Virus record (IMG/VR): IMGVR_UViG_3300008954_000001 | Length of the DNA stretch: 64,000 bases | From: a virus | Lineage: Duplodnaviria > Caudoviricetes | Strand: one strand, 5' to 3' | Shown: in pieces, positions 9,388 to 19,311 of the stretch | Position numbering within the stretch: position 1 is the first letter of the stretch | Layout of the letters: the number at the start of each line of letters is the position of its first letter | Program-made: the position numbers and the translations under genes | Notes under the pieces: model-generated | Database searches by the model: none | Seen by the model: the letters and a program-made list of their open reading frames with translations, nothing else | Told to the model about the DNA's origin: nothing

Positions 9388-10362
9388 TCAGGCAAGCTCT
9401 AAATATTGGAGTGCTCTTTCTCGCACTTCGTCAGAGATATCCGCCACGGCCACCACAGCTTCGAGGGAGTTCTCGCCCTCGCCTTTTACTAAGCTGTTCT
9501 TCAAGTTGGAGACGAAGTCCTCCATGACCGACTCCCGCATTTCGGCTCGTTCACGACCTCGCACATCAAAAACCTCAACGGAATCGGGGATCTTCAAGTC
9601 ATGTCGAACAATCGTAATCCCCGACTGCTCAAACTGAAGCTCCACCGCACAAGGCTTTCGGTCCATATCATCCTGAATCAAGGCCCCACGAGAAAGGCTC
9701 CCTGTGTTCACGACATACTTGCCCTTGGCGATCTCCTTGATCCCTTGGTCTTTATGCCAATGACCGAACAACCACACATCGGGGTCGAGACCCTTTAGAT
9801 CGGCGTACTTGATGATGTCCTCATTCTCGAACATTGTGCCACCCTTAGGGCTGGCAAGGACATGAGCCATCACCACCAGATAGTCCTCATCCCCCTTTTT
9901 GATGTTCGTAAACCGTTCCATATCGTACTTGGTGCCGTGATACGGAATGCCTACCACCCGAACCCTTGGTCGAATCTTCGTCCCAGGAGAGCCAAATTCC
10001 GCCTCATGTTCATCGTATAGTCGGCGGAATACCCCCGTGGAGAACAACACCCCCAAAGGCTGTTGGGGTAGGTAGGTGTAGTCCCCGTACACACAATCAT
10101 GGTTCCCCACATTGGCATATACGGGGCAAGGGTACTCTTGATGTAGTTCCGCAACCTCTCGAATCAAACTATGGCTGTTACGAGAAGGGGCTTTGATATC
10201 GAAGAAGTCCCCACCGTCAAGAACCGCATCGGCTTGAATCTCGGTAGCAAGCTCTCCTACCTGACGAAGTTTGCCCACAATGGCTTCACGCCAATTGTCG
10301 TTTCGTGAACGGGGAGTTCGTTCAGACAAATGCACATCTGTACGCCACAACAACTTGATCAT
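9388..10362 (-). CDS. sbcD: Mre11/SbcD metallophosphoesterase nuclease
   Basis: TDVH, GGDFFD, GNHD, MAH, GHWH, NTGS motifs. Confidence 0.9.
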   Translation of the reverse strand: MIKLLWRTDVHLSERTPRSRNDNWREAIVGKLRQVGELATEIQADAVLDGGDFFDIKAPSRNSHSLIREVAELHQEYPCPVYANVGNHDCVYGDYTYLPQQPLGVLFSTGVFRRLYDEHEAEFGSPGTKIRPRVRVVGIPYHGTKYDMERFTNIKKGDEDYLVVMAHVLASPKGGTMFENEDIIKYADLKGLDPDVWLFGHWHKDQGIKEIAKGKYVVNTGSLSRGALIQDDMDRKPCAVELQFEQSGITIVRHDLKIPDSVEVFDVRGRERAEMRESVMEDFVSNLKNSLVKGEGENSLEAVVAVADISDEVRERALQYLELA

Positions 10363-11480
10363 AGGACACCCCCCATTTCAACAGAGCAGGTATTCGTATG
10401 GGTGTCGGTCCCGCAAACAGGACATTCCCCCAACTCCCCAAGAGTCTCTTTGATCTCGAAGTTCAACGAATCCAAATCCGATTGAGCTACCTGTAACTGC
10501 TCTCGCAAGTTCCCGATTGTTTCATCAGCATCCGACAACCTTTCAGCAATGCCTTGGAAAAGGCTGATCGTCTTGGCCGCTTTTTCCGCTTTGGCCGTAT
10601 CTGGAAAAGAGAGTTCTTGGGCGGCGGTGAAAGCATCGGCAACGGCCTGATGTTCTCTTCCGGCTGAATCAACTCGGCCCTGAAGGATCTTGAGATCCTT
10701 GATCTCAAGAAGTAGGGCTTTCAAGTCACGGGCCGTATCCTCGGTGTCTTCCAAGGCAACGAAGTCCGTCCGAACCCCTGAAAGCTGTTTCACCGTATCC
10801 GTAGCCGCTACCAAACGATCTCGCATAACACTCAAGCCTGTGACGGCCCGACCAATCTTTGTGGTCTTTTCAAGACAGGCTTCCACAGAGGCCACAGTTT
10901 CTTGGGCTTGCTCCACACCCTCGAACAAGAGCAACTCTTCCTCGAAGGCTTTCAAGTCTTTCTTTCGTACTTTCAACTCACTGTTCGCTGAACGAAGGTC
11001 TGACTCAGCCCCTTTCAAGGCCCTATTGAGTTTCCCAACCCGTTCTACATCGGCCACCGCTTCGGCCAACGCACTTCCAGTTTGGTCAACCAAAAACACT
11101 TGGCCCGTAAACTGGTTGGCAATTTGAGGCCAAATCTTTTCACTACCAGCGTCAATAGAGCAAACGCCCAAGTCTGCAACCTCTTGAGGAACGGTGCTCT
11201 TACCCGGATTTACTACCTTTGATCCAAACTCATAGGCGGCTTTACCCGTTGCTTTCTTTTCCCAAGCGAAGCCTTCTTCGGGTCCAAGCTCAACCTCCAC
11301 TCGACACGACTTTTCTCCGTGACGGACAAAGCCTGTACCTGAAGTGTTCTGGAAAGCACCTCGGATGGCACGGATCAAAGCGGTCTTACCGCTGTTGTTG
11401 GGGCCAGTGATTACCGTAAAGCCCTCAACCTCAACCTCGGCATCCTTGATCGACTGGAAGTTTTTGACTCTGACCTTCAT
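10359..11480 (-). CDS. sbcC: Rad50/SbcC N-terminal half ending at the Zn hook
   Basis: VKNFQSI, Walker A GPNNSGKT, Q-loop, long coiled coil, terminal CPVCG; no Walker B. Confidence 0.88.
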   Translation of the reverse strand: MKVRVKNFQSIKDAEVEVEGFTVITGPNNSGKTALIRAIRGAFQNTSGTGFVRHGEKSCRVEVELGPEEGFAWEKKATGKAAYEFGSKVVNPGKSTVPQEVADLGVCSIDAGSEKIWPQIANQFTGQVFLVDQTGSALAEAVADVERVGKLNRALKGAESDLRSANSELKVRKKDLKAFEEELLLFEGVEQAQETVASVEACLEKTTKIGRAVTGLSVMRDRLVAATDTVKQLSGVRTDFVALEDTEDTARDLKALLLEIKDLKILQGRVDSAGREHQAVADAFTAAQELSFPDTAKAEKAAKTISLFQGIAERLSDADETIGNLREQLQVAQSDLDSLNFEIKETLGELGECPVCGTDTHTNTCSVEMGGVL

Positions 11481-12677
11481 TTACACATCCAAAACTGTTT
11501 CCACAAACACATCTTCATCCTCATCTTCACCGCTCTCGGCAGCGATTTGAGTCTCATCAACTGTCTTACTCAAGATCGGGCTAATTTGGCCCCACAGTTC
11601 ATTGAAAGAACCTTCACGGGCATCAAGCAAAGTGCGAAACTTGCCCATACCTTGACCCCGAATTTCGTTCCCGTCAGGGGCGATCCACGAATACCAAGCT
11701 CCCGCACGAGTAATCAGGTTGTTCGCCAAAGCGATCTCGATCAGGGTTGCGTCATCGTCGATCCCGTATCCAGATCGAAGGATGAACACCGCTGACCTGT
11801 TCATCGCATCAGATACCTTGCACTTGTCCAAGCGAGCCTTCACCTTTTGGCCTACGACAACCTCATCGATCTTCCCTGACAGGGGGTCGTGAACCTTCTC
11901 TTTCAGCCCTTGGATACGAGACAGCATCATTCGGGTGGCCGAATAGAACTTCCATGCCTTACCACCTTGGGCCGCATCTTTAGGCCCGCCGTAGCCCGTA
12001 ATATTGAGGTTGGTACGAAGCTGACTGATACCGATGATTGCCGTATTAGTCTTCGATGCGATGCTCTTGAGCTTCGGTAGCTCTTGGCTCCAAATGCTTG
12101 CAACCAAACCGATCCGACCCTTACCCGGAGTCTCGTCAGCCTCAAACCATGCTTGAGGCACACCAGCCCCAACAGAATCGAGGACAACCAGATCCACACC
12201 CTCACGGCACATGATGGCGGCATACCTGATCCCATCTTCAAGGGTAGTGGGTTGGATCAACACGAACTTCTCAGGATCGGTAATGGGAACCCCAAGGATT
12301 TCCGCATAGCGTGGCTCTACTTCATTCTCCCAATCGATATAAGCGACCGTTCCCCCAAGCTCACAGACAGAAGCCGCTGCGGTCAAAGCAAGAGTGGTCT
12401 TACCAGCACCGGGGTTTCCATACAGATTCATGATCCGTCCACGGGGGATGCCGGGACAGGGGGGTACACCAAACTTGTTGGGCTTCCCACCAATCAGGTA
12501 GTCGATGACAACAGAACCGCTTGGGAAGTGGGGTGCCGACTCTCGCAAGTTCGCTGTATCAAGCTGAACCTCATCGTCTCGACCCTTCATTGATTTATTG
12601 ATCGCCGCCCTTGCCCTCGCCAAAGCTGAGTCACCTGCGGTCTTCTTTGCGGTTTCCTTCTTTTTCCTTGCCATCAT
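11481..12677 (-). CDS. recA: RecA recombinase
   Basis: GIPRGRIMNLYGNPGAGKTT, YIDWENE, VVLDSV, ISQLR, GGKAWKFYSATR, AGAWYS. Confidence 0.95.
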   Translation of the reverse strand: MMARKKKETAKKTAGDSALARARAAINKSMKGRDDEVQLDTANLRESAPHFPSGSVVIDYLIGGKPNKFGVPPCPGIPRGRIMNLYGNPGAGKTTLALTAAASVCELGGTVAYIDWENEVEPRYAEILGVPITDPEKFVLIQPTTLEDGIRYAAIMCREGVDLVVLDSVGAGVPQAWFEADETPGKGRIGLVASIWSQELPKLKSIASKTNTAIIGISQLRTNLNITGYGGPKDAAQGGKAWKFYSATRMMLSRIQGLKEKVHDPLSGKIDEVVVGQKVKARLDKCKVSDAMNRSAVFILRSGYGIDDDATLIEIALANNLITRAGAWYSWIAPDGNEIRGQGMGKFRTLLDAREGSFNELWGQISPILSKTVDETQIAAESGEDEDEDVFVETVLDV

Positions 12678-13318
12678 TACCTCTCGGACCAGCGAAAAAA
12701 GCGTTCGGCTTCACGGTGAAGTATCCCTGACTTGACCGTGCGACCTTTCTTTTTCCCTCGCTGGAAAGTGTGAATTCGATTGAACTGTTGTAACTCTTTT
12801 TCGGTGAGATCGGTCAGGGTTAGATCCCCACCAAAGACACGCCAGAAACGAGCGGCGTGTTTAGCACACAGGTAAGCATCGGCTTCGTTGTGGTTCCAAC
12901 GACCCTTGCCCCCCGTGTCGATTTTCGCTGCCTCAACCATATCGGCCTTACCCATCTTCCACCCTTTCGGGCGATCTAAAAGAAGGGCTGAAACAGATTT
13001 GATTTGAGTAGGAGCGAAGAACACCACATCTTGTTTGGTTTCCTTCAAGGCTTCACAGGAGTACAGGAACAACCCATACATCCCCTCGGACCAAAGATCG
13101 CCAAAGACGGGGTACTCGATGCCTACGGCATCAGGATTTGTTTCGATAACGAGGCTGGCAAGACGGTCCCGTAGATCGACATATCGATCTACGAAAAGGG
13201 TCTTAGAAGACGTTTTGAAACGCCCTCGCCCCTCACAGCGGGCGGAGCCGTCCACGGAATCATCGTGGACGGCCCACCCGAAGTTTGTGAGGGATGGATC
13301 AAGCCCCAACACCCTCAC
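12677..13318 (-). CDS. ruvC: RuvC-like Holliday junction resolvase
   Basis: MRVLGLDPSLTNFGWAV, VGIEYP, HNEADA. Confidence 0.8.
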   Translation of the reverse strand: MRVLGLDPSLTNFGWAVHDDSVDGSARCEGRGRFKTSSKTLFVDRYVDLRDRLASLVIETNPDAVGIEYPVFGDLWSEGMYGLFLYSCEALKETKQDVVFFAPTQIKSVSALLLDRPKGWKMGKADMVEAAKIDTGGKGRWNHNEADAYLCAKHAARFWRVFGGDLTLTDLTEKELQQFNRIHTFQRGKKKGRTVKSGILHREAERFFRWSER

Positions 13319-13320
13319 GA

Positions 13321-14022
13321 CTACAACTCATCGAGCGCATCGTCGAGGACATCATCAAGGTCACCCACCACCGCACTATCCACCACAGGGGATGAAGTAG
13401 GCATGTCGAGCTTTTCCTTGACCTGATCCACAGTCAACTCACGACCAATAGCATCGTAGATACCATCAGCGAGAGCCTTCGTCTTTTCCACAATGTCCTT
13501 ACCAGCAGACTTGTCGCCTTCAAGCAAAGTGCGGAAAAGGTTCCCCTTCTTGGCCGAAAAGGACATCTTTTGGAAGTTAGCGTCCTTACAGTTGACCAAC
13601 ACATCATGCTCACCGAAATGGAATTCGGTGTGCTGATCCTTGAGGTCAGCGTACTTGTCCTTGGAAAAGATCCAAGTAAGCACTTCGTAGTCGCCGTTCT
13701 TCAACGCAGCCTTGTCAAGATTACCCTGACGATCCACAGGCCACTTACAAACCACGGTAGCAATGGCGGGGCGAGGACGCTGACCAGCGAGGTCGTTGAA
13801 CTCGTTGCCCTTGGGGATGATGTAACCAGCCCCCTTGATATACACACGGTTCTTCGCAACCATGATCGGGCTGTCGCCACTAAAATCAGGTGCGTCATCA
13901 TCGTAGCCTTGCCACCAGACAAAGCTAAGACGATACTTCTTTCCAGTTTCACCCTTGAACTGTGAGTTCTTGCGGGTGATAACCGCATCGTTCTGGCCGA
14001 AGCCAATCATTCCGTCAATCAT
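13321..14022 (-). CDS. Possible single-stranded DNA-binding protein
   Basis: Position beside recA/ruvC, aromatic-rich beta-like body and acidic tail GDLDDVLDDALDEL; inference only. Confidence 0.45.
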   Translation of the reverse strand: MIDGMIGFGQNDAVITRKNSQFKGETGKKYRLSFVWWQGYDDDAPDFSGDSPIMVAKNRVYIKGAGYIIPKGNEFNDLAGQRPRPAIATVVCKWPVDRQGNLDKAALKNGDYEVLTWIFSKDKYADLKDQHTEFHFGEHDVLVNCKDANFQKMSFSAKKGNLFRTLLEGDKSAGKDIVEKTKALADGIYDAIGRELTVDQVKEKLDMPTSSPVVDSAVVGDLDDVLDDALDEL

Positions 14023-14113
14023 GTCTATTCTCCTGTTGTGGGCGGGTTTTAGTTTTTGGAAAAGTTACAATGCCCACGGGTCTATTACCGAAGGGTGTCT
14101 GAAAGGGACACCC

Positions 14114-15040
14114 CTACCAATCTTCGCTCAAAAGTCCTTCTAAATCATCATCGTTGAGGCCAACGACACTCACCTTCTTACTCCCTCCGTTTGAGGGGGC
14201 TTCCTTGATGGCATCCAAAGCGGAATCCGCCTTCTCGTCTGTCGCTGCGCCGACCAACATAGTACCCAACTCATCCTCGTCCTCATCTGCATCCTCGTCA
14301 TCGCACAGACCGTAGTCGGGGCCGTCAATTTCGGGTTCAAGAGAGTTAGGATCTTTTTCGTCGGAATCGGACTCTGTGGTGGGGTCGAACTTCTCTTCGT
14401 CGTCCAAGATCCCCGCCAGTTCGTCAACATCACCAACCACAGACTCAACGAGACTTCCCGATGAGCTTGAGGAAGGGCCTTGCCAACTTTGAACAGGCTT
14501 TACTGTTTGGTCGGGTGGTGGAGAACTCCCCCACATGGCTCCCAAGGAAACCTCTTCTCCGATCAAACGGATTTGATCTCGGAGTCGCCCTTGAGTGTCT
14601 TTAAGGTCGCCCTTCTTACACCGCACAACCGTAATAGCACTCTTAACTTCTTCTACGGCTTGTTCGATCTTTCGCACCAACCCCGTTTCAGATCGAAGTT
14701 TGGTGTTGGCAATCGCTTCTCGATCTTTCACGCTCCGTCCCGCACGAACTTCAGGATCTGAAGTAAGCAAGTCTTGAACACTCAAATCCAAACGGGCTTG
14801 TGCCGCTCGGAGCTTTCTATTGAGGTTGGTCAAATCACGGGACAGACTGATCTCGATCTCAGTGCATCGAGACACAAGCCTTTTGCAGTAAGCGACCTTA
14901 CCGTTCACCCTCTTGGGACCGAACCGGATCGGGTCATCGTCCAAATCGACCCCCATTTCGGAGATTTCCCCATACATAACGTCAATGTAGGAGGGGTCGA
15001 AAGCAAAGGCTTCCGTATCCTGATTAGGTGGTTGAGTCAT
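14114..15040 (-). CDS. Hypothetical coiled-coil protein with acidic C-terminus
   Basis: Long ORF with coiled-coil N-half and D/E-rich C-half. Confidence 0.7.
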   Translation of the reverse strand: MTQPPNQDTEAFAFDPSYIDVMYGEISEMGVDLDDDPIRFGPKRVNGKVAYCKRLVSRCTEIEISLSRDLTNLNRKLRAAQARLDLSVQDLLTSDPEVRAGRSVKDREAIANTKLRSETGLVRKIEQAVEEVKSAITVVRCKKGDLKDTQGRLRDQIRLIGEEVSLGAMWGSSPPPDQTVKPVQSWQGPSSSSSGSLVESVVGDVDELAGILDDEEKFDPTTESDSDEKDPNSLEPEIDGPDYGLCDDEDADEDEDELGTMLVGAATDEKADSALDAIKEAPSNGGSKKVSVVGLNDDDLEGLLSEDW

Positions 15041-15527
15041 GTGCCATCTCCTTCAGCTTCGAGCCATAACGAGATCGCAACTGTCGAATCTCGTGATCTC
15101 GATCCGTTTCAGAAATATCCCCAGCCAAAAAAGCCCCGTCAATCGCCGCCGTATCCGCCTTAAATTGGAGGATCGCCAAAGCAAGAGAGGCTTCTTTCAA
15201 ACTCATGCCCGAAACACTACCTTCGACCACATCGATCTCGGAGTCGTCTCGAACTGAATCCCACTCTGAACTGAAAGCCACGAAATGATCTCCCCGCTTC
15301 GTTTTCACACAGCGAGTAGCCGTTACCTTCGTGATCTTCATCTTATTTTTCACAGATAGAAGAAGATCCCGCACCTTATTCGACTCGGAAACCCCGTTAT
15401 CAGGGGTTTCCACAACAACTTCACCCTCTACAGGGGTTGCTTGAACAGGGGGCTTCTTCTTTGTAGCCGCCTTCTTACGGCTTTTCGGCTTCTTTGTTAC
15501 CGCTTTTGTAGTTTTTGATTGGTCCAT
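15024..15527 (-). CDS. Hypothetical protein with Lys-rich N-terminus
   Basis: ATG 15527 preceded by GGAGG. Confidence 0.6.
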   Translation of the reverse strand: MDQSKTTKAVTKKPKSRKKAATKKKPPVQATPVEGEVVVETPDNGVSESNKVRDLLLSVKNKMKITKVTATRCVKTKRGDHFVAFSSEWDSVRDDSEIDVVEGSVSGMSLKEASLALAILQFKADTAAIDGAFLAGDISETDRDHEIRQLRSRYGSKLKEMAHDSTT

Positions 15528-15580
15528 TTGTCTTGTCCTCCGCAATCGGGGTTTCTCAGGTTTTATTACCGCACAGGGGG

Positions 15581-17896
15581 TTATTGGGGCACCCCGTCCA
15601 GAATACGGACACCCAAAGCTGAATTTCGTAGGCTTTCTTTATTGGAGAGCACCGCACGGTGTAGGGCAGAGGCCACACCTACCAAGATGACCTTCTTCCT
15701 CGCACGGGTCACAGCCGTATAAATCAGGTTCCTTTGTAGCTGTCTCCCAAAGGACTCCAAGATAGGCATAACGATAATGTCGTATTCTTGGCCTTGGCTC
15801 TTATGAATCGTTTGAGCATAAGCGAGCCGAAGCAAGCGGTTTGCTGTTTTAGTATCCATAGAGACATAGGAAGCCACTGGCCCGTGGATCTTGACTCGAA
15901 CAAACTTATTCTTCAAATCGATCTCGGAAACCTTGCCCACATCCCCGTTATAGATACCAAGAGTGTAGTCATTGGCCGTAATCATCACTCGGTCGCCTTC
16001 TCGAATATGCCCCGACGCAACTCGAAGTTGACGACAACCCTGACCAGCGGGGTTCAACATTGCCCGTAATTCAGAGTTCAGGTTTGTGACACCAGCGATC
16101 CCCTTATGCCGTGGAGATAACACCTGAAAGTTGGACTCCCTCTCATAGAGCTTGTTGACGGCCTTCAAGATGATGTCCAAAGCGGCATCTTCGCTATTAG
16201 CGGTAATTAAAGAGAAGTCTTTCCCAATCTCAGGCATTTCCCCCGCATGGATAGCGTGGGCCGCTTGTACAATGTCAGACGTTTCGGCCTGTCTGAAAAT
16301 CTCCGTAAGACGCACCTTGGGAACACAATCCGCCCCGATTAGATCACGGAGAACATTTCCTGGCCCCACACTCGGAAGCTGTGCGTGATCCCCCATCAAA
16401 ACCAGATGGGCATCCTCTCGAAGTGCTCCGACGATCCGTGAAAAGGCTTCGATATCAAGCATCGAGGACTCGTCTACCACCACAAATTGTGCTGGATGGC
16501 GGCTATTCACACCGTAAGACCACGACCCCCACGACCCCTTCGCTGACTCCGAACTTCCGACAGCTTCCCCCACAATACCTTCGTAAGAGCTATCCCTGTT
16601 CTTGGTGTCTTTAGGTTTGCCCCCCAAAGCTCGGTGAACCGTACAGGCTGAAGTCACTCCAGTAATGTTCGCTACCCGCTTGGCTGCGATCCCCGTAGGG
16701 GCCAGCAACAACACGTCAAGGTTTTCACTCTTGTCCGATGCCGTCTGGAAACCCAAACTATGAAGAACCTGAACCAACACCTTTAAGGAAGTGGTTTTCC
16801 CTGTTCCTGGGAGGCCACTGAATACAGAAATCGGGGAAGTTAGGGCGTTCTCGACCCCAAGACATTGATCCTCAGTCAACTCAAAGCTCATGTCTTTAGC
16901 TGTTTGCTGAACCATCTTCCGAACCTTGTTTCGGAAGGACTTCTCATTCCACCGTTTAGGCAGCATCCCAAGAACGCTCATCGCAGAAGGAACCGTAAGC
17001 TCCTTCTTTGGAGCACTCAACATCTCCTTCACACGAACAGCAGCGTCTCGTTCAAAGCGGTGCATATCTGGAGCGTACAGCAACTTCCCCATAGGCAAAT
17101 CCCGCTCAATTACTACACTCCCCTTCTTGTGAGCAGCCGCTAAACTTGGGGCTATCTCTTCGTTAGTTAGTCGTGGACAACGGGATTGAATCTCCCCAAG
17201 CACCTGACCCAACGTCAAATAGGTGTGGCCTGTGCTACACGCTTCTCGCACAGATGCCGCACAGACACCCTGCACCCTATAAGGAGAGTCCAAAGGAACC
17301 TCCAACTTTTGAGCCAAGGTATCCCCACGGGCTAAAGAGAAGCCCGCTTCCGTGATCGCCCATGGGTTTTCCGTAACAACCTCAATGCAATCCGTACCAA
17401 AAATCCTGTACAACTTACTGACTTCAGATCCACTAAAGCCCAAATCCATTAGGACAGGGATGGTGTCGTAAAACAGGCGGGTCTTTGTCCAAGTTCGAGC
17501 CAAATGGAGGGCTTCAAACTGTGTAAGATCCCCTTTCTCTTGGAGAAGGTCTTCATCAGAAAGGGAGTCGAATAGGTTTTCTCCGAAAACCTTGTCCAGC
17601 CGTTCCATCGTTAGGGAGCTACAACCGTTCGCTACCAAGGCCCGCTTGATCTTTTCGTTCGACCAACCACCTTCAACAGCGGGGGCTTGGTGAATCTTGA
17701 CCTGATCGCCATGCGTCTGGTCATTAACCCACTCCCCTTTAATCCCTAACCATGTACCCGAAGAAGGAGGAGAGCCGATTACAGGCCCCTTAAAGGTGGC
17801 CGAACCACCCTGATCTAAGGCCAGCTTAAAGATGTAGAAAGGTTGAGACTCGTCAGCGAAAATAACCCTGTCTACAACACCGCTAAAATACATCAT
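15581..17896 (-). CDS. recD2: RecD2-like SF1B helicase
   Basis: N-terminal OB and HhH (NPW) regions, GLPGTGKTT, APTGIAAKR, VDESSM, GDHAQLPSVGPG, IFRQ, AQTIHKSQGQE, YTAVTRAR. Confidence 0.92.
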   Translation of the reverse strand: MMYFSGVVDRVIFADESQPFYIFKLALDQGGSATFKGPVIGSPPSSGTWLGIKGEWVNDQTHGDQVKIHQAPAVEGGWSNEKIKRALVANGCSSLTMERLDKVFGENLFDSLSDEDLLQEKGDLTQFEALHLARTWTKTRLFYDTIPVLMDLGFSGSEVSKLYRIFGTDCIEVVTENPWAITEAGFSLARGDTLAQKLEVPLDSPYRVQGVCAASVREACSTGHTYLTLGQVLGEIQSRCPRLTNEEIAPSLAAAHKKGSVVIERDLPMGKLLYAPDMHRFERDAAVRVKEMLSAPKKELTVPSAMSVLGMLPKRWNEKSFRNKVRKMVQQTAKDMSFELTEDQCLGVENALTSPISVFSGLPGTGKTTSLKVLVQVLHSLGFQTASDKSENLDVLLLAPTGIAAKRVANITGVTSACTVHRALGGKPKDTKNRDSSYEGIVGEAVGSSESAKGSWGSWSYGVNSRHPAQFVVVDESSMLDIEAFSRIVGALREDAHLVLMGDHAQLPSVGPGNVLRDLIGADCVPKVRLTEIFRQAETSDIVQAAHAIHAGEMPEIGKDFSLITANSEDAALDIILKAVNKLYERESNFQVLSPRHKGIAGVTNLNSELRAMLNPAGQGCRQLRVASGHIREGDRVMITANDYTLGIYNGDVGKVSEIDLKNKFVRVKIHGPVASYVSMDTKTANRLLRLAYAQTIHKSQGQEYDIIVMPILESFGRQLQRNLIYTAVTRARKKVILVGVASALHRAVLSNKESLRNSALGVRILDGVPQ

Positions 17897-18390
17897 TTCT
17901 TCGTCCCGTCGAACAAGCCATTCAATGCTTCAGACAATTTACCCATTGCCTGATGCGCCCGTTCTTCGGCAGAACGAATCGCTTCCACATCCTTTGCGGT
18001 GCGATCTAACTTCCCCAAGTTCAAGTCAGAGATGAGGTCATCCAACTTGTCCACATCATCCACAATCTTGAAGTCGAGGTTCACGATGGCCAGCGTACAA
18101 CGCTCACCTTCTAAAGCATTAAGTTCAAAGACTTGGTTCCCAAGACGGTAAAGGCCCCCCACACCAGTATCTTCGGGGCCATTCAAAACACCGTCCCCCT
18201 TCACCATAAAAAGCATACTGGTTTCGGGTAGGGCCGCATTTGCGGGGTGGTGCGAAAGAAGTAGTCGTACCTCATACCCAAAATAAGTGGCTAAAAGGGC
18301 TTCAATGTTAGTGCCATCAATGTGCAGAGCACCATCGACCCTCTCGGCCATGCCCGTCAGATTATCTACTATTGGTTGGTTTTCCACCAT
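17893..18390 (-). CDS. Hypothetical protein
   Basis: ATG 18390 (MVENQP) preferred start; coiled-coil C-terminus. Confidence 0.6.
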   Translation of the reverse strand: MVENQPIVDNLTGMAERVDGALHIDGTNIEALLATYFGYEVRLLLSHHPANAALPETSMLFMVKGDGVLNGPEDTGVGGLYRLGNQVFELNALEGERCTLAIVNLDFKIVDDVDKLDDLISDLNLGKLDRTAKDVEAIRSAEERAHQAMGKLSEALNGLFDGTKK

Positions 18391-19156
18391 AAGTTGCCCT
18401 CTCAAGTACACCTTCTATTACCGAATCCCCCGTAAAACAGACACAGGTATAGTCGTGAATTCCGTCCCATACAGGTACGTCATAGAAGTCGCCTAACCCA
18501 TACTGTTCAAAAACAGTATCCATAGACTTTCTCCAAAAAGGCATGGCCAAGCAGGTTTTCAAGCCTTTCTCTTCGTCCCACTCATTCACGTAATCCTGCC
18601 CAAAGGTGTGTGATCCCGTACAGCCGCCAGGAGACTCCCCGACAAGGATTAGTGGGATCTGCTTCTCCTTGCACAAAAGCATCAACTCTTGGTCAAGGGT
18701 TGACTCATATGGAATCCAAGAAGCAAACACCACATCGGGGTTTCTACCCCTTACCGCTTCCAAGGCTTCTTGTTGGATTATTTCAGGATGCCCACCCACG
18801 GGGATGTGGGTTTCTGTTGCTTCCCAAGCAACACCACGCTTTCGCATGAGGTCGATTAAGACCCCTCGACCAGCACAAACCTCCAGAACCTTGTTGTTCT
18901 TGAGAAGTCGAGCCATCGAATCAAGCCACTCTACGGTAAAAACGGCCCACGACACTTGGGCCGTGTAATACTCTCTGGCCCTATAAGCCGAAGCAAAGTC
19001 GATGCTTCGTAGGAGCTTATACGCATGGTAATACTCGTCGTGCGTAAGCAAGCCCCCACGACCCCGTTCCACCAAAGAACGTAGAACGGGCCATGCCTTT
19101 GACGGAACACGGAACTCCACTTCCGACAAATCCCTATCGTGGTATGCGTTCTCCAT
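18362..19156 (-). CDS. Class I SAM-dependent methyltransferase-fold protein
   Basis: VLEVCAGRG motif I-like, VVFASWIPY, ILVGE..GGCTG. Confidence 0.6.
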   Translation of the reverse strand: MENAYHDRDLSEVEFRVPSKAWPVLRSLVERGRGGLLTHDEYYHAYKLLRSIDFASAYRAREYYTAQVSWAVFTVEWLDSMARLLKNNKVLEVCAGRGVLIDLMRKRGVAWEATETHIPVGGHPEIIQQEALEAVRGRNPDVVFASWIPYESTLDQELMLLCKEKQIPLILVGESPGGCTGSHTFGQDYVNEWDEEKGLKTCLAMPFWRKSMDTVFEQYGLGDFYDVPVWDGIHDYTCVCFTGDSVIEGVLERATYGGKPTNSR

Positions 19157-19194
19157 ATCTCGGAATACCGATAATATGGAGAATTAGCCCCCTG

Positions 19195-19308
19195 CTACTC
19201 ATCGGGTCCGTCGAAATGGACCTTACCCTTTTTGAGAATGTACCAAAGGGTAAGACAAGTTGCCCCCACCATCACCGCCACAGAGCCGATAAACAGTGCG
19301 ATTTCCAT
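19195..19308 (-). CDS. 37-aa single-pass membrane microprotein
   Basis: Below the track cutoff; MEIALFIGSVAVMVGATCLTLWYILKKGKVHFDGPDE starts 4 nt after the nrdJ stop. Confidence 0.45.
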   Translation of the reverse strand: MEIALFIGSVAVMVGATCLTLWYILKKGKVHFDGPDE

Positions 19309-19311
19309 CGG

